A stretch of DNA of 63,477 nucleotides, counting the filler, from Aduncisulcus paluster (Eukaryota): NCBI GenBank assembly GCA_024181965.1. It is 7 parts of 7 records of this genome, joined end to end, with 100 filler letters (N's around TTAATTAATTAA, not from the genome) between each part and the next. Parts side by side here need not be neighbours in the genome. Positions count along the whole stretch, not along the records: positions 12,010 to 13,937 come from BQXS01009946.1; positions 14,038 to 30,488 come from BQXS01009947.1; 5 more parts are not named here. The stretch is one strand, 5' to 3'. Of the stretch, positions 12,893-25,500 are shown one piece after another. The translations under genes were made by a program, and so were the position numbers. Within the stretch, counting starts at the first letter, position 1. The number at the start of each line of letters is the position of its first letter. The notes beneath the pieces are model-generated. The model was not told the origin of the DNA, made no database searches, and saw nothing but the letters and a program-made list of their open reading frames with translations.

Positions 12893-13937
12893 ATGTCAAC
12901 AGAAATTTCTCAATATGAATTGATACTTGGAGCTAGGAATCTTCCAAGCAACTTATTTGTTAAGTAAGAGTGACCCTTTTGCTGTAGTCGAAATGGTGTG
13001 TACTGGGGCTGCCCCGGTTCGAATTATGAATACTAATGTGATAATGAATAATGAAAATCCAGATTGGAGAGAAATGGCATTGGTAACATATCGACTTGAA
13101 TCTGCTGATATGGTGAAGATTTCTATCTATGATGCCGATTCTAAAGATTTGACGAAATTATCAAAACACGATTTCATTGGATATGTTCAGTTTCAACTCG
13201 CTTCTTTGATTGTTTCCAGAGAAGGTGTTTTGGAACTCCCTATTTTGGGCAAAGATGGTAAGAAACTTCCCCTCGTCCACAAAAAGCCACCAATTTTTAT
13301 CGTAAGTGGTGAAATTGCAAAAGCCTCGAATGCATTTGCCGATATGGAATTTAAAGCTCTTCGTGTTGACAAGAAAGATGTTTTTGGTAAAAGCGATCCT
13401 TATTTGTTGTTTTACAAGTCAAAAGAGACAAGAACCACAGTTCCCGATGCCATTGAAGCCAGTTCTCCAAGTTGTAGTACTTCTTGGTACCTTTCCCACA
13501 AGACTGAAGTCATCAGGAAGACTCTTGATCCATGCTGGAAACCTTTCACTGTGAACCTCCAATCACTTTGCAACGGTGATCTTGGCAGGCCTATCAAGAT
13601 TGAATGTTGGGATTGGGATCGAGTTTCATCCGATGATTTTATTGGGAGTGTTATCACTGATGTTAACGAACTCCATAAACTGTCACAATCAAAAGACGGT
13701 CTTCCTCTCTTATCTGAGCACAAACGCCAGAAGTTGCTCAAAAAGAAGAAGTCTTATATTAACTCGGGAATGCTCTATCCCATGAAGATGCACATATACA
13801 AGAAACCGCAGTTTATTGACTATGTTAATTCTGGAACATGTCAGATCTCGTTATCCGTGGCTGTCGATTTTACTGGATCTAATGGATACCCTTCAAATCC
13901 CTCGTCTCTCCATTACATTGGTGCTGGTGTATCTGCC
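12893..13937 (+). CDS. Copine (two C2 domains plus start of vWA), 3' partial, +1 frameshift near 12945
   Basis: SKSDPF and DVFGKSDPY C2 motifs, WDWD, and the copine vWA motif VAVDFTGSNG. The N-terminus MSTEISQYELILGARNLP (ATG 12893) lies in a different frame. Confidence 0.92.
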
Positions 13938-14037
13938 NNNNNNNNNNNNNNNNNNNNNNNNNNNNNNNNNNNNNNNNNNNNTTAATTAATTAANNNNNNN
14001 NNNNNNNNNNNNNNNNNNNNNNNNNNNNNNNNNNNNN

Positions 14038-17000
14038 CTCGTTTTCTCGTCTCCATACACCAAGCTTACTCCTGGCCCTTCTCCGCTCTTCTTCGGTGAG
14101 GTGAGTGACATGTTTCGGCTTAAATTGTCGCATATATTCAGCCTTCCGTTTGGCAATGGCCTCTTCAGCCTTCTTACGTCTCAGATCTTGACGCTGAAGT
14201 ATCCTCTCTCTCTCTTTCACAAACTCATCATTCCTGATCTGTTGCCTTCCAAGACGATCTTCTTGTTCAATCTGTTGGGAACGTAGTTGCTCAAGAGAAT
14301 GGTTAAAGAGCTCATGTTGGGTGGAATTAAGTAAGGATTCAGTCGGAATGACACTATAAATAGGCGCTTGAGAAACATTTGAAGATGGGGTGGGTTTGGA
14401 AACAGGTTTCTTGGGGGGAATGTCAGGCTTAGGTTCTGCAGTTTCTGGTTTCTTTGTTTCTTCTTCTTTCTCCCCATCTTTCTCCTCTTCTTCCTCTCCT
14501 TCTTCCTCTCCTTCTTCCTCTCCTTTCTTCCCTTCAGCTCCAGTTTCTTCTCCTTTCTCATCGTCTTCCTTCTCTTCCTTCTTCTCTTCCATCTCTTCTT
14601 CATCTTCCTTCTTTGGTTCTGTATGACCAGTATCTTCGCCATGTTTGCCCCAAGGTCCAATACCTTCATGAATCATATTGATATTCAGACTTTCGACCAA
14701 TAAATTCTTCACAAAATCAACGAGACTCTCAGAATCAGTGCCATATTCCTTTGGGTTGAGACTCTGAGAAACAGGATAATGCTTGACACATGTCATACCA
14801 TGGGGAATGAACAAATCACGCATCTTCTTTCCTCCTCTCTTCTTCTCTTCCTCTTCCCTCTGTTTCCGTGTTGACAATTCATTACACTGTGCATACAATC
14901 TCACCATTGGGTTCACTTTCTGTTCGTCTGTGGGATTATAAAGCTCAAGCCAAGTCTTCGATTCCTCGTCTTTGCCAGTGGAAGTTGAAGGTTTGGAAGC
15001 CTTTTTCTTTGAAGATTGATCACGAATTACCATTGCTTTCTTCATTTGTTGATACATACGATCACGTTTATCTTTCTCTTTCTTCATCTTCTCACGGACA
15101 AGACGTTCCCGATCAAGTCTATCTTGCTCTTCTTTCTCCTTGAGTTTCTTACGGACTTCTTCGCGTCGGTTTCTCTGAGAGTTGTAAAGAGCGTCAAACC
15201 GGGCATTGTTACCGGCTGGGCCGGTAGAATGAGCTCTTTTCTTTGCTCCCTTCCCTCTCTTCCCATCTTCCTTACGCTTTGAGAAGAGGAATAAAGGTGT
15301 AAGATCATAAATGAATGCATATTCTTGGTCATCTTCCTCGGCCTGTTCTTTCCTTGCTGTTGTTTCAATGATGTTAGGAGAGGCAAATGACTCTTTCATC
15401 TCTTTCTTTCTAGAGTTATCACGAGCTTCATTGCGTCGTTCCTGTTCCATGGAATGAGCAAGGAAAGCACGTTCATCATCAACAAGAGCTTTTCTCCACT
15501 CATCATCCATCTCTTCTCTGGGTGTCGTATCAACAGTCATGGATGTAGCAGTAGAGCTTGCAGAAAGCATCATCTTCTCCCTCTCTTTCTCAGCTTCTGA
15601 TCTCCGAATCTCATCCCGACGAAGAATTTCTTCGAGAAGAGCCTTGATCAATACTTGCACTTCTCCTTCCTCGTCCAAAGACACTCTCTTAAGGAAATCA
15701 ATGATATTTGCCTTAACAGATATGCACTCACTGACACACTCGGTCATTGAGAGAAGCAACGAAGATAAGAAGGTCCTTCGGGCACTCACACTGATGGAAC
15801 CAGAGTCAGCATCATACCCGCGCCGAATGCCTCCAACACAAGTGGCTACGAGACGAAGGAGAGCGACTGACATTTGGGTCTGTTTGGACTTGTTGGAGGC
15901 TCCCTTTTTCTTCCCGGCTGAACCAGCAATGAAACTATCACGATATTTGTTTCTAACGTATTTGTTCCTCTCTTCTTCTTTCAAACTCTCTTTCTTAGCA
16001 AGGTTACGCATAGCTGTGAGCAACAAGGATGTAAGGCTCATCAACGTTGGAGAGAGAGACTCGGCGGAGAGGGAAGGGCATGACATCACATGGAGGACAT
16101 GGCTGAGCAATGTATATGCCATCTGAGCAAGAGAGAGTGTTGTAATCCTTGGGTGGTTGATCATAGATGTCAGTAAACTAGTCATGCTCTTCTGAACAGA
16201 TGAAATCTCATCGCTATCATCAGGGAGTAATAAACACATAGGAGGGATACTCTCATCCTCTTCCTCATCCTTCGAGGCCTGCAAACGTGTCCTTGACTCC
16301 CTTTCATCGTCCAAGAGTTCACAGACAATGCTCGTACACACACTCAGAGCCACAGGGAAGGAGTCCAGGATATACTTCATGGAAGAGAGGACAATGTTCA
16401 TAGAGAGTACATCTGAGATGCCCAGAATGGCAGGAAATACATGCACACACATGCATACGTACAGTGTAGCTGAGAGAGGAGAGTGAAGGAGAAGAGAGTG
16501 GAACAAGAGAGAGGAGAAGGCACACACACACACGAGAGAGTGTGAGAGCATAGGCTTCGAGGGGAGGAGGAGCGAATGTTCCCGGTGAGATTGCTGGAAT
16601 AATGGGATCATACACATTATCCTCGCCCTCACGAAGAGCATCCTCCTCAACAAGACCTTCTTCACGCTTCTTCCTGGCGACCTCCTCAGTGTTTGTGAAT
16701 TCAAGACCACACACTCCGAATTGTAGGAGTTTGATGCATATATCATCACAGAGAGCAACAGCAGGACAAACTTGGGTGAGGATATATAGCAAAGCACAGC
16801 AAGCCACACGCTGGAGTGGTGGTTCATCACTGTCACTGATCACAGAGCAGACCGCATGCAAGAGGTGTGAGAATATGGAGAAGCATGATCGAGGGATACG
16901 TGTATGATTGAGGACATGGATATGCAAGGAGCTAATGGCAGGTGTGGGATTCAGAGCAATGCCTCGGATAGTTGGGGGATCAAATTGTTGGATTGCAGGC

Positions 17001-17935
17001 GCATCATCCTCTCGGGCAGATAAAAATTCACGTTTTGTCTCAGCAACAGTAAAGAAAGGATGGCAGGGTAACTTATACCACGCACAGAGCAGACAGGTAA
17101 CTAAACTGATTCCACTAACACAATAGGGCGTTTCTTCATCTCCAAGCTCATTGAAAGTGAATGTATGAAGCGAAAAATCTGCAATATTCCTCACAAGGCG
17201 CAGATATGAGGGAGAGTGGGTGAGAGGGAGAGAAGTCGAAGAAGGAGTGTTTGAAGCAACAATAGAACTGTGAGGACTCACACCAAGGCATGAAATAATG
17301 GTTTTGTAGATGGAAAACATAGTGTCATGGAGCCATTGTGAATGAGAAAGAACGAATGTCTTGATGGTTCCAAGAGAACGAATCCAGAGTTCCATCTCTC
17401 CCCGGAGATCAGAGGCATGGGCACTATAACGTGAACTGGTTTTTTTCGTCATTTTATGGGGAGCAAGTTTCTCAATAAAGGCATCGATCTCAGAACAGAC
17501 ACACGCCAAAGCATTACCACAAGCGACTGCTATCTCTTTATAGTTACTAGTAAGACCTCTACTAACCGTGGTTAAAGAATAACGAAGTAATTCTGGACCT
17601 TTGCAAACAAGTTTAGCCAAAATATGAGCTTTAGAAGCAATAAGTCGATACCAACTAATTACGGGTGCAATATCAGCATTTCCAGTCTGTTGAGGAACAC
17701 CATTTTTAATATATTGATATAATACAGATGTGGAGGATGGAGTAGAAAGGAATTTAGCAGCTTGATGAGTAGAGACACCAAATCGTGAACATAGAGACAA
17801 CACAAAGAAATCATTTGGTGTACTAGCTGAATCTACAATAGTTTTTCCAATCATTGTTTCACTAATTCCAGCTGAAGGCTGTTGGGATATGTCGAGCATA
17901 TGGGAAACTGATTTATCCTGGCTAGCCCTTTTCAT
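14038..17935 (-). CDS. Large helical/ARM-like plus coiled-coil protein, 3' partial; two overlapping ORFs probably one gene
   Basis: ORFs 16319..17935 and 13990..16836 join into plausible sequence (...ALTLSRVCV/CAFSSLLF...) at the (CA)6 run 16521-16533. Confidence 0.7.
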
Positions 17936-18201
17936 ATTATTATTTACAATAAAAAAATATCAAAAAGGGTATAAATATGTAATATAATTTTAAATGTAGC
18001 AAGAAACGCCAAATTGCAGGATTCATCACAAATTTTTTATGTTTGTCTTTACTTAATCCATAAAAATGATCTTACTAATAGTGAATTTATGTTTTAGATT
18101 TATATTTCCTTTGACATATTACTATTTAACAAGTTAACACACAAAATAGTTTAACTCATGAATTATGAGATATTATGGATCATAAATCAAATAAATTTAC
18201 T

Positions 18202-19290
18202 TTATTCCTGTCCTTGCACAAGCATCGAACCACTACTCACCAATTTTTTAAAGATAGCATTGACAATGAAATATCCTAAAGCAACCCAAATAACAAGTTC
18301 TTGAATGGCTAAACGAACAATTTGGATTCCTTTTCTTTCACACATTGCAACGTTTGGTGGAACAGAAACGAAAAAAGATATCTCGACATTGTAATCTCCA
18401 TCATCGGTATTTTCACAGTTGACAATATGCTCGGATCCCTTGGAAAGCAACACAGAGAAATCCTCTGTTTCTGGCGTTGATACTCCTCCGCCGATTGCCA
18501 ATCCACCACCACCTGATAATCTGTACACGCTTCCGGGAAGATTCGAATCCTCAGCATGTTGAGAAACAACACCTTGGGTCAGGATACGCATTGGATCAAC
18601 ATCGGCAAAGGAAGATGCGCTGTTTGGAAGGACACTTCTTGTGGAATGTTCGATTGATGTTGATAATTTGATGACATCCTGTTGGATGATTCTAGCATCA
18701 TAAAAGGACAGGCCAACAGATATTGGAGTTATTGAGCTTCCAGTGGAGAGAATAATGGTATCTTCAAGATTGAGGAAGAAAGGAGAGATGGAATCAGGTG
18801 ATGAATAATCATGAGGTGAGCTGAAAGGTCTTGTATCTGGATATACGGGAGAACCAGCCTCAATAGAAATGCCAGTAATCACTTCTGCTCGATAAATTTT
18901 CAGAGGGGTCGTATCAGAACTATAACGAATTTTAAGAGCAATGCGTCCAGCATCATCTGGGGGATATAAATCAACTGATATCCCTTCAATGTCATCAATT
19001 GAGAAATATTGATCATCTAAAGTGGAAGATGAAAGAATTCCAGGATAGGAAGTAGAATAATAAACCGTGTCTTCACTGCCATAGAGAAAAACAAGATAGT
19101 TACCTGAAAATGATGAATAAGAATTATATAATACAGATAATTGAGTATTCCACCCACCTCCTAACATCCGAAAGAGTAAGAATCCAAGTAATATCGCCAA
19201 TGGTATCTTCAATACTCGAAATACATTAATAAAACTGCACGATGGCGCATAATATTTCTTCACAACCGTTTTTTCATAAACTTGAGGCAT
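18202..19290 (-). CDS. TMEM231: TMEM231-like ciliary transition-zone (MKS module) membrane protein
   Basis: Co-linear similarity by eye to recalled TMEM231: VYEKTVVKKYYAPSCS~LFSHPVERSYRAGLCS, TM1 then GGGW~HGFW, RIIQQ~RLQQK, SVLPNSASSFADVDP~SVINGTSPFAYDYDL, C-terminal TM2. Confidence 0.75.
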   Translation of the reverse strand: MPQVYEKTVVKKYYAPSCSFINVFRVLKIPLAILLGFLLFRMLGGGWNTQLSVLYNSYSSFSGNYLVFLYGSEDTVYYSTSYPGILSSSTLDDQYFSIDDIEGISVDLYPPDDAGRIALKIRYSSDTTPLKIYRAEVITGISIEAGSPVYPDTRPFSSPHDYSSPDSISPFFLNLEDTIILSTGSSITPISVGLSFYDARIIQQDVIKLSTSIEHSTRSVLPNSASSFADVDPMRILTQGVVSQHAEDSNLPGSVYRLSGGGGLAIGGGVSTPETEDFSVLLSKGSEHIVNCENTDDGDYNVEISFFVSVPPNVAMCERKGIQIVRLAIQELVIWVALGYFIVNAIFKKLVSSGSMLVQGQE

Positions 19291-19496
19291 AATAAAAATA
19301 TGACCTTTCTGTATCTCGTCTCAAAATCGCAAAAACATGATTTGAGTGAATCCTTTCAATTAATATATGAATAGCAAAATGCATATCATTTAAAAATGAA
19401 TTTTATGCACATAAATGGATATTAATATTGCAAGTTTCCTTATGCAATTTGTCTCCATAAAGTATTGTTATTTTCTCGACAATAAGGAAAAATATC
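19291..19496. promoter_or_regulatory. Putative bidirectional promoter
   Basis: 206-bp AT-rich spacer between the divergent ATGs at 19290 and 19497. Confidence 0.5.
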
Positions 19497-21740
19497 ATGC
19501 CAGGCGTTCCTAATCAAGCTCCTCCGCAATCTAGTAGACCTATGACAGCTGTCAGAGCCGCTGGATATTCTTCTGCTGGCAGGCCTGGAACTGGAGCAAG
19601 AAATTACTCTAGTAAGCACTCGAAATTACCAAAAAAAGAGATTATTACGCGTGAACAACGGATCCGTACGTTGGAAGCACGTGTACATGAACATATTAAT
19701 GCATGTTGCGATGCTATGGAGAAGAAAGACTATAAAACTGCGATTAGTGAAGCTCAAATTGCTATTAGATCCGATAAAAAACTTATAAAAGAGGATGGCG
19801 CCTCGAAAGAATCAAATGAATCTGATTTAACGTTTTCTACACAACTTTGTCTCGCCCAGTCTCAAGAAGGAGCCGGTGATTATGAAGAAGCAATTAGAAC
19901 CTATACATCCATGCTTAAGCATCATAAAGAAATCCAAGAAGCAGAGATACGTTTACATATTGGAAATTTATATTTTAAATTGGAGAAATACGAAACTAGT
20001 ATCAAAATGTACCGAATGGGAATTGATATGATTCCTCCCACTCACAACAGACTTCGTATGTTATTTGGCCGTAATATTGGACAGGCCTTTATGAGTCTTG
20101 GCCAGTGGAGTGATGCTGTATCTACCCTTGATTCTTCTTCTTTCGATAGCTTAGAAGCCGATGCTGAAAGAAGCCAGTCCCAAACTGGAGATGAGGAGGA
20201 TGAGAGCCCCGAGGTTGATTTCCAGTCTCTCTACAATTTACTTATTTGCTATTATGCCACAGGCGACCAAACCATGATGTTTGAAGTGTTTTCTCGTCTC
20301 ATCACAGCTGATCAGAAATTCACAACTGATTCCGCTGGCGATTCTCTTGCATTAAATCTGGCCAAACAAGCTCGTGAAAGGCGTAGACTTTTATTGCAAG
20401 CTGCTCGTCTCATTGCTCCTGTGTGTGCTGAAAACGAAGCTACCGGGTTTGATGCCGTCTCCACTCTGCTCCGTCAAAGTGGTCTTGGAAAACTTGCCTC
20501 ATCTCTTGAGCTTGCCAAAGCGTCTGCTTTCATGCACACTCGTGATTTTACGTCTGCCGAGTCTGTTCTGAAAACGATGGAGCGTCGTGGAGGTGGTTCT
20601 AGCCTTGACATGATTACTGGTGGGACCGATTCCTCCCAATATGGTACTGGCACATCTGGCGGCGACAAAGCCCAGTCCTCGCTCGAAGGTATTTACACCA
20701 ACCTCAGTTTCCTCTCTCTTGCCAAAGGTGATGTGGAAAGTGCCGAAAAACATGCTGAGAGTGCCCTTGGGTGTGATCGTTATGCTCCTCAAGCCCTTGT
20801 TAATGACGGATGTGTTAAGATGAGGAAAGGAGAGATTGAAGCTGCTCGAGATATCTTCAGTGAAGCTGTGAGACTCTCCTCTGACTCTGTCGAAGCCATG
20901 TATAACCTTTCTTTGTGCCATCGGATGCTTGGTCACTACACCAGTGCTCTTCGTACTTTGCAGAGACTTAACGTTGCTGTTCCTGATCTTCCCTCGGTCG
21001 TGTATCTTCTTGGGGACACTTCGTTTTTAGCCGGGCAGAAGGAAGAAGCCGTCCGTTATCTCGAACAATGTGTCAGTCTTGCTCCTTTCGATAGCACTGT
21101 TCACTGTAGGCTTGGAGAGATCCACAGCAAGATGGGCGATATTCCAGCTGCCGTTAACTGCATGTGTGAGGCTGAACGTTGTGATCCATCCAATGCGACA
21201 GTGCTAGAGTGGTTATCGTCACACTATATATCTCAAGAGGCGTATGAACAAGCCTTGCCATTACTGCGTCGTCTCAGTCTCCTTGCTTCGACGTCCACAA
21301 TGTCCATCGGAGTTGACGGAAACATTGAGGGCACGTCAGATCTGTGTGAGAAGTGTAAGTGGCTCTTGCTTGCCGCCTCGTGTGAAAGGAGGCTGGGATT
21401 GGTTGATGAGGCCACTTCAACGTACGACGCCATTGTAAGTGAGTTTCCCGCTTGCCGTGAAGCTCTCAGGCATTTAGTGAGACTTTGTAACAATAATGGT
21501 GATAGCGTCAAGGCTGCTCGCTATCAGAAAGAGCTCGATCAAGCTGTTTCTCTTGCCGCCAAACAGGAGGCACGGGTCTTGATGGAAAAGAAAGAAGAAC
21601 CTGTAAAAATTGATTTTAAGGCATCTGAAGTGGAAGAAGACTCAAGATTTTCCGGAAGACCAACACCAAAACTGCCAAGTAGGGATGATGATATCTTTGA
21701 TGATGATGATATGCTTGGAGATGATTTTTTACCCGAATAA
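19497..21740 (+). CDS. IFT88: Intraflagellar transport protein 88 (TPR protein)
   Basis: N-terminal signature RPMTAVRAAGYSS; IKMYRMGID; DRYAPQALVNDG; VEAMYNL; tandem TPRs; acidic C-terminus ending LGDDFLPE. Confidence 0.93.
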   Translation: MPGVPNQAPPQSSRPMTAVRAAGYSSAGRPGTGARNYSSKHSKLPKKEIITREQRIRTLEARVHEHINACCDAMEKKDYKTAISEAQIAIRSDKKLIKEDGASKESNESDLTFSTQLCLAQSQEGAGDYEEAIRTYTSMLKHHKEIQEAEIRLHIGNLYFKLEKYETSIKMYRMGIDMIPPTHNRLRMLFGRNIGQAFMSLGQWSDAVSTLDSSSFDSLEADAERSQSQTGDEEDESPEVDFQSLYNLLICYYATGDQTMMFEVFSRLITADQKFTTDSAGDSLALNLAKQARERRRLLLQAARLIAPVCAENEATGFDAVSTLLRQSGLGKLASSLELAKASAFMHTRDFTSAESVLKTMERRGGGSSLDMITGGTDSSQYGTGTSGGDKAQSSLEGIYTNLSFLSLAKGDVESAEKHAESALGCDRYAPQALVNDGCVKMRKGEIEAARDIFSEAVRLSSDSVEAMYNLSLCHRMLGHYTSALRTLQRLNVAVPDLPSVVYLLGDTSFLAGQKEEAVRYLEQCVSLAPFDSTVHCRLGEIHSKMGDIPAAVNCMCEAERCDPSNATVLEWLSSHYISQEAYEQALPLLRRLSLLASTSTMSIGVDGNIEGTSDLCEKCKWLLLAASCERRLGLVDEATSTYDAIVSEFPACREALRHLVRLCNNNGDSVKAARYQKELDQAVSLAAKQEARVLMEKKEEPVKIDFKASEVEEDSRFSGRPTPKLPSRDDDIFDDDDMLGDDFLPE

Positions 21741-21967
21741 ATTCATAACATTTTTTCAAATGATTTCTATGTGGCGATTTCAATCTCTGTGTATTTCATG
21801 TTAAACCACATTGATCTATTCCGTTATATAATCTTCCAATCTTTTTAAATTGACTTGGAATTCTTCAAGTTCATTTTTTTCTGGATTGAAAGAAATTCAA
21901 AATTTATTGTATGTCAAATATCCCATTTAATTCATATTAAGAAATATTTTATATGATATTATCTAAT

Positions 21968-22500
21968 TATATTCATTGGTTCTGCTGTTGGTCGTTCTGT
22001 CGTTTTCAAGATGCTCCCAATATTGCGGGCGTGGAGTTTTTAACTCTCAAAGCAAGAGATGAAACTAAGCCTTGGTGCCAGAGGATGTAGAATACGATCA
22101 GAGTTTCTGAAGTACAAAAGATGATGAAAGGAGAGTCAAATAATGGGGATTTTACCCACATTTCCATCTGTTTCTCCTCATCTTTCCCGATAAAAGGTGA
22201 GAAAATATCCAAGAAATACGAATTTATTGAATTTAGTGGTTGTTGTTGGCTCTTCCTTCCTGTTAATCTCTCTGGCAATTGTTTTGTGTGGGATTACAGG
22301 AAAAGGAAGAGAGGAAGGCAATTTTAATATCACATTTCTTGTTTTCTTTCGAAAAGAAACTCTTGAAGAAATCATAACTCGTGAAGCGAAAAATTATGGT
22401 CTGAATCTCCAATTGAAAAATCAATATTTGCGAATGATGGAGCTCGGTAGATATTCCATTCCCATTCTTCGTCATAATCCAATGCTTATAAAAGACAATA
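21968..22500 (+). pseudogene. Degenerate paralogue of the 28592..29698 repeat-domain gene
   Basis: Fragments DAPNI, YDQS, KMMKG..FTHISI, KKYEF, WLFLPVNLS, VLCGITGKG and RKETLEE match the intact gene, with frameshifts and an internal deletion. Confidence 0.85.
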
Positions 22501-22588
22501 CCTGATGTAAGCTCAGATGATGAATGTTGAATTCAAAAAGTGGCGTATTTTGACATATTTCTTCTCTTTCTATCAAGTTATCGAATAT

Positions 22589-25500
22589 TTACCCGAAATA
22601 ATATAGTAAAAGGTATGCAATAGCTGCAAAAAACATCATACTAAGAATTTTTAGAACTGGCCATTTCTCCATAAATTTTCTGGTACCAGAAGAAAAGACG
22701 GATCTCTTATTATCAGCCAAAGGACTCTCTGACTCAATTCTTTCAACAATGTTTTGTATCCTTAAATCGTCTCTACTTCGCACGAAACAAGTGTTAGAAG
22801 TGCTATCTATTGGAGATATAATTGGTGGGTAGTGAGTTAATTTTGATGTATGATGTGAGGCTGGTTCTCCAAACAAAATCTCCACGCATCCACCAGTCCG
22901 TCGAATAAAATCATACGATTTCTGTCTTAGGGCTCGCAAATTTCTCCCTCGATTAACCTCACATTCAGGATGGAATATACCATAACAAGGAGAACAGAAT
23001 TCGACAAGGGGAAGGGTGTTAAGGGTTCTATAGGAGACATCAGCGGAGCATTGCATCAAAAGAGGAACAACATCAACAATACAGGGCCCTGGAGTATCTT
23101 CGACAAAAGGTTTCATCTTCCGTTCAGTAGATAACAAATTAGTGTAGAAAGATTTGTATTTCATGTCAGAACCCAGATGAACAACTTTCATGAGTGTGAA
23201 TATCGAGGATTTGTATTCACAAACTTGATCAATTTCAATGCTCGGAATTAACTGATGAAGAGGAAGACGATGTAAGAGAGAAACAAGAGTCAATGAAGCA
23301 ACAGAAGCGGTAAGTTTTCTTTGATAACTCGAAATAAAGAAATTTATACTGCTTCCAAATGAACTACCAAGCAAACCCAGAATATATTTATCATATTTAA
23401 GCATAATATCAGGAAGACAGGCTGGAATTGACGAGAAATCCGAAATAAATTTTATCAATAATTCTAATTTGGGAATTTGACGTACCTTTAATTTCGGATT
23501 AGAGCATTTTTTGAATATACTCAAGAACCAATCGTCAAGAAGGTTTAAATTCTGCCCTATTTCCATACTATCAACATCAGATTTCAACAAAGCAGTTGAG
23601 GAAACGAAAGATTTGTCATCTTCGGTGATTGTTCTTGTGGATATTGTTGACAAAAGAGAAAAAATCTTTGGAGCCCAAGAAGGGAAAATATATCTGATAT
23701 TAGAAAACAAACTGAAAACATCTTCGAGAACCCCATCGATGGTTCCATTCTTATTTTGAAGGGAAATAATCTCCACAAAATTATTAATAAACTCAGCATG
23801 AGAAAAAATCTTTGACAAAAGATCAAAAGATTTCCAAATATTTGGAATCGACCGAGAGTAGTTTTCATGTTCATCTTCCATTGTTGTGATATTCTTCAAG
23901 AGTTTAATCCAAAGAGAAAACGGTGCTAAAGATTCTGAAGAAAGCATATTTTCATATTTAAACTTGTGCACGTATTGGATAATAAATGGAGAGATAAGTT
24001 CTAAAACTTTTCGTTTTATCCCAAAGATATGATCCAAATGCGTTGGCTTATCTAATTTATCCTTGGATTGCAAAGGAACAACATTCGGCTTGGTAATCTT
24101 GAGTAAAATCTTCAACAAATCAGTTAAATCAACTTCATTTCTCTCGAAAATTCCCAAAAAATGATCAAAAAGAACATTAATAGCGAGAGAGTTGATAAAT
24201 CCAATAGAAGGGGATTTTGGAGATATTGACTGCAGAAACCTTAAGGAAATCTTCAAAAACCTCGAATCCACATCCTTATGGAGTACAAATTCAACTCGAG
24301 CAAGTGGCCGAAGAAAAGTGGTAATAAAATCAATATAATCAACATCTTGAGGAGCATCAAGATGCTTTGGTAGGGGTTTTACAGGGGAGGTTATCTGTTT
24401 CATAAAACTAATAAATTTGTACAAACATTCAAAAACAAGTTCAAATAACGGACTATGAGCTTTTATCAGATCAGATGTATCATAAGTGTCGAAAACATCT
24501 ACGAAAACCGCCATTTTTGATTTGAATAATGTATAGCATTCACTGTTTTTGGTACATTTTGATAGTTCCTCCAAGATCGTTGTCCAAGGAAGTAACAAAG
24601 TCTTCGAGATATGAGGATAACAAAAAGACAAATATTGGGCATAGTAAATACTGATTTTGGAGTTTGAACAAGAATCGCGACACCATCGAATAGTATCACG
24701 AAAAGTTAACGGTGAAAACGCCTGTGTTATTATTGGACTTTGAGAAACATCGTCATGAATGGAACTCCCAGAATCTGCAGTAGATACCGGCTGTGATAAG
24801 GTAATTCCATGAATAGATTGACAGTATTTCGAGAAGAATAAGATACTATTAACATATACCATGATGGCATCAGAAGTTTGAATAGAATAAGAAGGCAATG
24901 ATTTGATATTTTCAATCCACTCATCAAGACAATCCTTATACTTCTGATATACATTATAAACCTTTGCTAGAAACGATTGTTTCTGCTCAGAATATATGCT
25001 AGAAACTATGCAAGAACTAAGAGTTTCTTCTATACATTCCAAATAACGAATATCAAGTACAAACTGACCCCATGACAATTCTCGCACGATTGAAGAAGAA
25101 TCAGAATAGAAACAATGGTTATAGAAACTTGATAAATCGACATGCATTTGGCCAATATTCAACCTTTGTCTCGTCATTGATAATGATGATGGATCTGAAT
25201 GTTCAGAATTATTAGCAATAAGTTTGAACTCATCGCAAATGAATTCTTCCATCATACTAAACTCTGACTCTAAAAATGCTGAGACAATGGAGGAATTAGA
25301 GGATAATTGACAAATCAAATAAATACAAGAATACCTCCATATTCTTGAGTCATTTTCGCCTGCAATGTCAACCAAATCCCTCAACCAAGAGAAGAGAGAA
25401 GGATATGGTTGCTGTTTTCTGAGGTATGTCTCACCGTTCTGTGTCATCATAAACGGGAGATGATCCACAATAAAACTGGCATTGGTAACGTTACAGGATA

